Assembly (NCBI GenBank): GCA_000697335.1
Contig: JNEM01008427.1
Location: 1-33,193, forward strand
Reading direction: 5' to 3'
DNA length: 33,193 nt
Source: Conidiobolus incongruus B7586
Lineage: Eukaryota
Part shown: one piece after another, positions 24,748 through 33,193 of the stretch
Position numbering within the stretch: position 1 is the first letter of the stretch
Layout: the number at the start of each line of letters is the position of its first letter
Position numbers and translations under genes: made by a program
The notes under the pieces: model-generated
Seen by the model: only the letters and a program-made list of their open reading frames with translations
Database searches by the model: none
Told to the model about the DNA's origin: nothing

Positions 24748-27219
24748 ATGATCACTCATTCTCAAGAACCACATAATACTCAACACAGTCAATATTATCC
24801 TATCTCAAGTTTACCTAAAATACCTTACTCGGCAGATGGGGATACTAACAAGAGCTTAGAGCCTTATAAACAGCTTCAGAGGCTCACCAATTACTTGTCA
24901 GCAGCAATGATATTTTTGAAAGATAATGCCCTTCTTACAGAACCTTTAAATCATTCTCATATCAAGCCCCGTCTTTTGGGACATTGGGGAACTTGTCCTG
25001 GATTGAATCTTATCTATGCTCATTGTCAGCGCTTATTAAAAATGAATCAAGAGTTGGATATGCTTTTGGTTACTGGCCCTGGACACGGTGCACCCGCAAT
25101 TTTAGCTAATCTTTGGACTGAGGGATCTTTGGGTAAATTCAGCCCAGACTACCCCCTTGATCAAAATGGATTAAAACGTTTAGTGTATGGATTCTCTACT
25201 CCATCAGGATATCCATCGCATGTGAATTCTGAATTGCCAGGTCAAATTCATGAAGGAGGCGAACTGGGGTATGCACTAAGTGTAAGTTTTGGCGCAGTCA
25301 TGGATAATCCGGATTTAATAGTAACATGTATCGTTGGTGATGGCGAAGCAGAAACCGCTGCCACTGCAGCATCCTGGCATTGCTTTAAATTTATTGATCC
25401 AAAGGAGAGCGGCGCAGTCTTACCAATTTTACACATAAATGGATTCAAGATATCCGAGCCAACGATTTATGGATGTATGACGGATTCTGAATTAGTTGAA
25501 CTCTTTTATGGATATGGCTATATCCCCATTGTTGTTAGTGATATTGAGAATATTAACGAACAACTCGCTGCAACGATGGATTGGTGTTATAAAGAAATCA
25601 GAGCAATCCAAAAGGATGCAAGAGAAAGAACCCCAAGGAACCGCCCAAGATGGCCCATGATCTTATTAAGAACCCCTAAAGGTTGGACGGGTCCTGTGGA
25701 ATTAGATAATAAACCAATAGAAGGATCATTTCGATCTCACCAAGTTCCTTTACCTAAAGCAGGAGCTGATAGCGTTCAACTAGATAAATTATCAGATTGG
25801 CTGCAAAAGTACAAGATTTCGGAGCTATTGGATTCAGGCGGTGTTCCAGTTGATAGCATTCTTCAAGCATTGCCTAAACTTGAACGCACAATGGGAAGCA
25901 ATCCGCACGCTTATTCCAAGTATGAGCCATTAAGCTTACCAAAATGGAAGGAATATGCTATTGGTCAAGGTGATGACGTTAGCTGTATGGAAGCATCAGG
26001 AAAGTTTTTATCAAAAGTAATTGAGTGTAATAATACCAAATTTCGCATCTTTTCTCCAGACGAACTATGCAGTAACAAGCTCTCTGCTGTTTTTGATGTC
26101 ACCAATCGTAACTTCCAGTGGGATCCAGAAACCGCTAATCAAGGGGGAAGAGTAATTGAAATTCTTTCTGAGCACATTTGTCAAGGATTTATGCAAGGAT
26201 ACACTTTAACTGGCAGGGTATCTCTCTTTCCTTCCTATGAGACTTTCCTCGGAATTGTCACAACAATGATGATCCAATATGCCAAATTTACTAAGCTTGC
26301 ACTGGAAACTAGATGGAGGATGGCAGTTGGATCAATTAATTATGTTGAAACATCTACTCTATGGCGCCAGGAACACAACGGATTTTCTCATCAAAACCCC
26401 ATGTTTTTGAATAATGTGTTAAATTTAAAACCAAATATGGCTCGTGTTTATTTACCCCCAGACGCAAATTGCTTTGTATGCACTTTGGCACATTGCTTAA
26501 GATCTAAAAACTATGTCAATTTGATGATTGGTTCTAAGCATCCCACTCCCATCTGGCTTTCTCCAGAAGAAGCAGAAGCTCACTGTGTTGCTGGTGCCTC
26601 TATTTGGGAGTTTGCTAGCACTAAGAGTCAAGACGGTAGCCAGCCTGATGTGGTTTTAGCTTGCTGTGGTGTTGAAATGACTTTTGAAACAATTTGGGCC
26701 TCAAAACTACTCCAAGAACGTTTCCCATCTCTTCAAGTAAGAGTTGTTAATGTGACTGATCTTATGGTATTGGGTGGTGAAGGAATTCATCCACATGGAT
26801 TAACATTAGAGAAATTCAATTCTCTATTTACTGCAGATCGTCCTATCGTGTTTAACTTCCACGGTTATCCTAGTGCTCTTAAGCAATTGCTATACAATTA
26901 TCAAGTAGGCTCAAGATGTCAAGTCTTAGGATACTTAGAGGAAGGAACAACAACAACACCATTTGACATGCTTACCAGTAACAAAACTAGCCGATTTGAT
27001 GTTGCAATTGCAGCAGTTGAAGGAGTTATCAAAGCATATAACGAAAATCCCAATTTCTCAGATACAATTGACCAAACTATCAAGGAAGGACATTTAGCTT
27101 GCTCTGAATGGGATCATCGTATACAAAAGCACAAACAATTTATCATGACAGAAGGCAAAGATCCTGATGATATATTTGATAAACCAACATTCGGAAATGA
27201 TAAGACAGCTGGGCAATAA
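24748..27219 (+). CDS. xfp: Xylulose-5-phosphate/fructose-6-phosphate phosphoketolase, intronless
   Basis: KPRLLGHWGTCPG, GPGHG, IHEGGELGYALS, TPP motif GDGEAET...HING, TPKGW, FRSHQVP, ILSEH, WRQEHNGFSHQNP, EEGTTTTPFDM. TATATAAA at 24694. Confidence 0.97.
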   Translation: MITHSQEPHNTQHSQYYPISSLPKIPYSADGDTNKSLEPYKQLQRLTNYLSAAMIFLKDNALLTEPLNHSHIKPRLLGHWGTCPGLNLIYAHCQRLLKMNQELDMLLVTGPGHGAPAILANLWTEGSLGKFSPDYPLDQNGLKRLVYGFSTPSGYPSHVNSELPGQIHEGGELGYALSVSFGAVMDNPDLIVTCIVGDGEAETAATAASWHCFKFIDPKESGAVLPILHINGFKISEPTIYGCMTDSELVELFYGYGYIPIVVSDIENINEQLAATMDWCYKEIRAIQKDARERTPRNRPRWPMILLRTPKGWTGPVELDNKPIEGSFRSHQVPLPKAGADSVQLDKLSDWLQKYKISELLDSGGVPVDSILQALPKLERTMGSNPHAYSKYEPLSLPKWKEYAIGQGDDVSCMEASGKFLSKVIECNNTKFRIFSPDELCSNKLSAVFDVTNRNFQWDPETANQGGRVIEILSEHICQGFMQGYTLTGRVSLFPSYETFLGIVTTMMIQYAKFTKLALETRWRMAVGSINYVETSTLWRQEHNGFSHQNPMFLNNVLNLKPNMARVYLPPDANCFVCTLAHCLRSKNYVNLMIGSKHPTPIWLSPEEAEAHCVAGASIWEFASTKSQDGSQPDVVLACCGVEMTFETIWASKLLQERFPSLQVRVVNVTDLMVLGGEGIHPHGLTLEKFNSLFTADRPIVFNFHGYPSALKQLLYNYQVGSRCQVLGYLEEGTTTTPFDMLTSNKTSRFDVAIAAVEGVIKAYNENPNFSDTIDQTIKEGHLACSEWDHRIQKHKQFIMTEGKDPDDIFDKPTFGNDKTAGQ

Positions 27220-28152
27220 CATTCAAGTACCAAATTACATCTTGCCTTTGCCAAGCTATTTCAAAATAAAACCACAGCTTATATTGCTGATGTAATCTCT
27301 CATTTATTATATTTTAAGAGTTACATTTACTATTGCTTTTATAATGTATTCGATTTCAAATTATTCGATGAGCTGTCATATATGATTTAAATATAGCTTA
27401 ATCAAAATGTAAATTTTGCACTATACACTGTATGTATACCATGTATTTTAAATAGAGTCAATCATCATTATCTTAATGATCATATATTTATTGGTATATC
27501 AGATATGAAATTTATTCAATCATGTTTCAATTTTCTAATCAAGGAAGGCAAATAATGTATGATTAATACAAATTAAATATTGGGAAAAATTAAAATAAAT
27601 TAATTAATATAAATTTGTAAAATAACAAAGTTATATTTGAACTTTATATTATCATTAAAATACAATTAAAATGTAAGAAATGCATATTACCAAAACTCAA
27701 TAATTGTTTGATATTTGAATTTAAGAAGTGACCTAGCCTATTTCTAATCAAATAGTTTAATATTTAATATTCATTCTCTATATCAAATTTAATATTAGAA
27801 ACAACTTTACATTTTATATGATTGAAATTTTCCAAATTTATCTTTTGAGTTTATTTTATAAACTAGATGATAATTTATATGCAATTCATGTAGCTTTATC
27901 AATCACTAGTTATTATATAACAATGAAATTTAAATACAAAATAACTATTAATATTTTTGATAATTTTATAAAAATTAAAATTTAAGGATTGGAATTACTA
28001 AATTTATAAATATCAAAATTTTAATTGATCTCAAAATGAATTGATTAATTAATTGATTTTAAAATCAATGTGTCAAACATTTTGCTAAAATTGATAAATT
28101 CAAATTATTGAAATATGAATACTTTTAAATAGAATGTTATATTGTTTATTTA

Positions 28153-28180
28153 CCCAAGCGAAGCGAGGATTGTTAATAGT
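28153..28180 (+). mobile_element. Possible degenerate Helitron 3' terminus
   Basis: Isolated GC island CCCAAGCGAAGCGAGG (imperfect hairpin with GAA loop), followed 7 nt later by ATAG|T, one change from CTAG|T. Confidence 0.35.
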
Positions 28181-28834
28181 CTATCTACACTGATTAATTT
28201 AAAGTGTTTGTATAACAGAAACATTCAATCTTTACTGAAAATATTAAAAAATTTTGTTTTTTGAAACTACTATATTAATATGTAGTATAGGGATTTAATT
28301 CAAATCATCATAGTTTCATAATATAAATATATTTCATGATTGTTCAATTAAAAAATTATTTTATTAACATTAAAATGTTTCTTATATAAGGCATAAAACA
28401 AATTATTCTAATCTATATAATTGAAATTTGAAATGATATATTATTAGATAAGAAGATTAATAAAACAGAATATGTAACAATGTAATAGTTGAAATATAAA
28501 CACATAAATAACAAAAAATATGAGAGGATGAGAATTATTCTTCGGAGATTGATATAAAATATATCATTTAGGATTAGTAGTTCAGATTAAATATAAATTA
28601 TAATAATATGAAAAATCAAATATTCAATGTTCAAAATTTGGCAATAAATATTTGATTTAATGTATGTAGAATGAGTTCTATATGGAACTAACTATCTATC
28701 TATCAAGTTTATGTAATTTAAAGTATTAAAATTTAGCATCATATCGAACCAATTCTTCTAATTGGGCGTTTTAAAGAAGTCGTAAATATATGTCAAAAAC
28801 GATTAATTTAATAAAGGTACAAGGAATATGGCAT

Positions 28835-29707
28835 TTAGAAACGTCCTCTTCCACCACGATTACCGCCACGGCCTCCTCCAAAACCACCACGACCGCCACC
28901 GCGACCTCCTCCGAAACCGCCACGGCCTCCTCCACGGGCACCACCGCGACCGCCTCCACGACCACCGCGAGCACCACCACGACCACCAGCACGTTTAGGG
29001 GCTAAAATAACATCAATGGTAAGTACTTAAATCACATAATACAAATAATTTAAATTACGTTTTGGACCAGCAGGAGCCTTAGGCTTAGGCAAGAATTTTT
29101 CTAATGGAAGAAGCTTATCACCACCAATGTAGACCTTATCATTGACTTTGAAAGAAGAAGCGACAACACCATCTTGAAGCTTGACTGTGAAATACTAAAA
29201 TATAAAGCATTAAATCCCAATGCCAACGATGATAAATTTTATAACAAAATACTTACAACTTCATTCATGGGACCTAAAATTTCGTCAACTTTACCAATTT
29301 GACTCTTGTTTTCAAGATAGACAGGGGCGTTGAAATAAGGAATTTTGGGGTTAGTGGACTTGCAGACCATATCACCTTCACAGGCATGCATAAAGGTTCC
29401 GAGTTCTATAAAACGATATAATATTTAGTTTGAAACAATATTTAATTAAATTGAAAAAAAATTACCAAGAACTTCAGCAGGGGGACCCATAGGTTCAGAA
29501 GGACGACCACCGAAGCCTCCACGGCCTCCACCGCGACCTAAAATTTTTATTAACATAAAAAATAATAAATTTTAATTGTTTGTAATACCTCCGCCGAAAC
29601 CTAAAATAAATTAGTTAATGATGATCACTAAATCAAAAAAAAATCAAATTACCTCCACGGCCACCGCGACCACCACCATTTCCACCTCTTCCTCCTCTAA
29701 AACTCAT
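28835..29707 (-). CDS. GAR1: H/ACA snoRNP subunit Gar1; exons 29707-29653, 29600-29589, 29537-29466, 29405-29257, 29194-29059, 29001-28835
   Basis: MSFRGGRGG..., [23 protein letters not shown]...[34 protein letters not shown]...[13 protein letters not shown], and a C-terminal RGG/FGG tract. Confidence 0.97.
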
Positions 29708-32147
29708 AATGAATTATTTATATTTATATATATATATATATATATTAAAATTGAAATGAAAAATAATATGTAATATTTATCAGATAATAATTATTCTCTG
29801 ATATTAAATTCAATTTTGATAAATTTAATTTGAAAAATCTTTTAAAAACTTTTTATTAATTAAATTAAAATTTTAAAATTATGGGAATTTTCATTTTATT
29901 GACTTTTATTATTTAAATTAATTTCAAATTTAATAAATATTATAAATTGAATATTTTTATATTTGATTTTTACTTGAAACTTTTATTATTAGTCTAATTT
30001 CAAATAATATATATAAATATATATATATATATATTTATAATAAACTACTATACCATTACTTGAAATTAATTTAGTTTATATATTGATCAAATGCTTAGCC
30101 CTATAATAAAGTCCTTTTTTTATTAAGACATGATATTTGAGATAAAATTCAAAATTCATCATTAGAAATTAGTTTTTCAAATCTCAAAAAAATCACATAT
30201 TTGGATTGAGATTAGGAGAGTATGTAAAATGAAGGAATCTTCATTAGTTCTTTTCAATTAACAGATTTTTAACTAGTTTAGGGTATTGCTGATTATATTA
30301 TCATATAAAATGACTGGTTTTAATTTGATTTAAAAATAACTATTTTCAATTTTTATCTGAATAAATTTGATTTATAAAGCTTACTATTCATTTTTTGACC
30401 TTCAGCTAATATTATTAAAAGACTATATTATCAAAATATATATCAACCATTATTATATTATATAAATATATTGTAATTTTGTAAAATTTAAAAGGAATTA
30501 ACTAATTTTTCAACTCAAAATATTCCTTATTTTCTGATAATGGCATATAAATTGTGATCTATAGATTATTTAATATAATAATTTATTTTAATAGATCAAA
30601 GGTTGTAATATAACATTTAGAATATTTCTGAGTTATATTCATTTTATTAACCATTTAACCAGGTATTATGGTTTGAGAAGCACCTTTCCCTTTCTTGTTT
30701 TTAACCAAAGTGATATTGTTTTTAAAATAGTCTTATTGATAATTGATACTTTTCAATTAATTCTTTGGATGAAAAATTAGAATTTTTTATAATATATTAT
30801 TTAATCAAATTGATAATTGTTTTCATATATATATCCATTGGGTAACTATATTTCAAATATTTTGCACTAATCAACTCTTCTTGTAAAAATGACTGATCCA
30901 ACATTTTGCTATAAGATAGGATGGAATCTTGTCACTACAAGCTCTGAGTAAGGATTTGATAGATTTGAAATGTATATTGATTATAAAGTAATAATATTTT
31001 TAATAAAATATATTTTTTTTCAAGTTTCCAAATTTTTAAACAATTTAATTGTATTGAACATTTTAAAATGAAAAATAATATAATACAAACTTAATAGTAA
31101 AATAAAATAAATTATATAAAAATTTCGAAAAATGATTATTATTTAATATTTAACCTAATAAACCAAAAAAAAATCTATTAGACATTTTTATATTAACACT
31201 TAAACAATTATAAATACTGAAATATTTAACTATCATATATGTATATACGAGATTATAATTAGGCATTTTATATCACTAATAAACCAACATATATTGTATA
31301 TTCAAATACAATAAATTAATTTTAAATTATTTTTATATCAAAATTAAGCTAACAAGAAAACTTAATAACAATTTTATTAAATTAATTTTTATATTCAAGA
31401 CAAAATTTAATATAAACAATATTATAATAAACCTAATTATATTACTTATTAATTATTGATTTATAAAAAATTTAATAATAATACCAATTAAAAGATATGT
31501 AATATAATTGGATTTAAAGTGACTTATAATTTTTTTTCTTTCGAAAAAAAATGCTACTTTAAACTATTGATAATCTTATTAAAATTAATATATATGTATA
31601 AAATAATTATATTGGATTAATATATCAGTGATTTATATATAATAAAAATTAAATTGACTGTTAACTTGATAAATTTTAATTAAAATTTGATTATACTATA
31701 TTTTTTAAGCTAAAATTAAATAGAAAAATTAATAGAAAAGAAGCTAACATAAATGTTAAAGTTAAAAAAATGTTCAAATTATTTAAAACAATGAAATTAA
31801 GCTAATCCTAAACAAACAGAAATAAAGGTAAATTAAAAAACTAAAAATATCAATATAAAGGTAAATAAAAGGAAAAATATTAAAAATTAAATCCAAGTAT
31901 ATAAGATGATGAAGATTAATAAAAATGTTGGCAGTTCATCAAGATAAAAATTGATAAATGGAAGCATCATCAATTTGATAAAGTTAATAAGCAATCTACT
32001 TAGATAATTCTATCTAAATAAGAAATATATAATATTGAAGAAAATATTAGCTAATACTAAAAATAAAAAATTAACAATTGGTGAAGGTTGATTGATAAAT
32101 TTATGAGCTTGTGTCATTTAAAATAGGTTGACGTGGATTAAAGGTAA

Positions 32148-32411
32148 TTAAGCTTCAGACTTGGGGGGAACAATGTAGGCATTTTCACCAGCTTTACCAT
32201 TTTCCCACTTGGCGAACTTAATATCTTGAACGTTGCGAACTTGAGCGGCAGCCTTCTTATCAGCCTTCAAAGCGCTGCGGACGGCACGAGCGCAAATTTG
32301 AGAGTACTTGAGGTAGCTAAAAAGTTTCAGTTTAATAAACTGTTATTGATTATTAAGTAATTTAAAAGATTTTGAATACCTAATACCAGCGGATTTCCAA
32401 GCAAAAGCCAT
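32148..32411 (-). CDS. ATP15: Mitochondrial ATP synthase F1 epsilon subunit; exons 32411-32380, 32316-32148
   Basis: Spliced product [28 protein letters not shown]...KFAKWENGKAGE matches the epsilon family signature. Confidence 0.95.
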
Positions 32412-33193
32412 TTTTATTGTTTTAGTTAATTGATTTACAAGTAAAATTTACTTAATATCACCTTTTTACAACTCAACTCTTCATTTTTACATACCATCAC
32501 TCATTCTCAACTACATTAATTTTTAATTATGGGATAATGATAATCTTCCAGTTAAATTTTGACTAAATTAACAAATTTAAAAAAACTAATTGTAAAGTAA
32601 TTAAAATATACCCTTTAAAGTATTAGTATGTTTATTATATTATAATTAAATTATATATAATTATTTCAAGTAAATTATAAAATAAATATTTTATAATTTA
32701 TTACCTATTTATTCGCTAAACATTGGTAAAATTATGTAATTCAATTGAATTCTTCAAAAAAAATTTTTTTGTATGATATGATTAAACTTAAATAATCACT
32801 AAATAAATTTAAAAAAGGAGAATATGATCAGATATATTAGAAATTACCATTATCTTAATATTAGTAATTCTTTATAGTGTATAGATATAAGGTATAAATC
32901 TTAGTAAATAAATATCAAAAAGTCAATTTATTCTTATAATATTTTTATATGATATTAGCCAAATTAGTATTATTGCACTTAATAAATATTTATATATTTC
33001 AGTTATTAAATATTAGATATATTATATTCCCAATAATTTTTATTAAAATAGAAATTTTTCTTTAATACTTAATAAAATTTTTTATTAAATTATTAATTTT
33101 TATTATTTAATTTTCAATTATTTATTTATTTTAACTTAGTAAAAATATATTTAATTTTTAAAACTAATAATTAATATATATATATATATATAT

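Noticed and set aside
2708..25448. Short nested, antisense or intergenic ORFs (e.g. 2708, 2721, 4053, 7062, 9023, 10351, 11946, 12065, 18393, 19345, 19930, 25248)
   Set aside because: They overlap well-supported genes or have AT-filler composition (I/K/N/Y/F-rich) without recognisable motifs.
28771..29005. Val-rich and Thr-rich ORFs in the ORF track
   Set aside because: They are alternative-frame and antisense shadows of the GAR1 RGG repeat exon.
1924..29707. Functional clustering (BMT5, U3, GAR1 for ribosome biogenesis; F-box, GID8, CSN9 for ubiquitin)
   Set aside because: The genes are interspersed with unrelated ones and the categories are large, so there is no evidence of a cluster.
30860..30960. 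Mildly GC-rich patch ending in CTGA as a possible C/D snoRNA
   Set aside because: No proper RTGATGA box C, terminal stem or recognisable rRNA guide.

Overview
AT-rich eukaryotic nuclear DNA with short (~50-65 nt) GT-AG introns. Gene content suggests an early-diverging fungus, possibly Entomophthoromycotina (inference). In order, the window holds: the 3' end of MCM3, tRNA-Thr(AGU), a BMT5-like rRNA methyltransferase, SRP receptor alpha, a U3 snoRNA, an F-box/LRR-like gene, a Tco89-like gene, a bZIP factor, GID8, MEMO1, a decayed unprocessed pseudogene of geranylgeranyltransferase-I beta, two small spliced genes the ORF track misses or truncates (HSBP1-like; CSN9/CSNAP-like), a Ste20/GCK kinase, tRNA-Ile(AAU), an intronless phosphoketolase, GAR1 and ATP synthase epsilon. 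Three observations stand out. (1) A 263-bp near-perfect fold-back hairpin abuts the 5' end of tRNA-Ile and is followed by TTTT. (2) An orientation-specific motif, WWCCCAYAA, lies ~70-190 nt upstream of most housekeeping genes and U3, and is a candidate core-promoter element. (3) The GGTase-I beta gene has decayed in place. All gene models and family calls were made by eye, without database searches.
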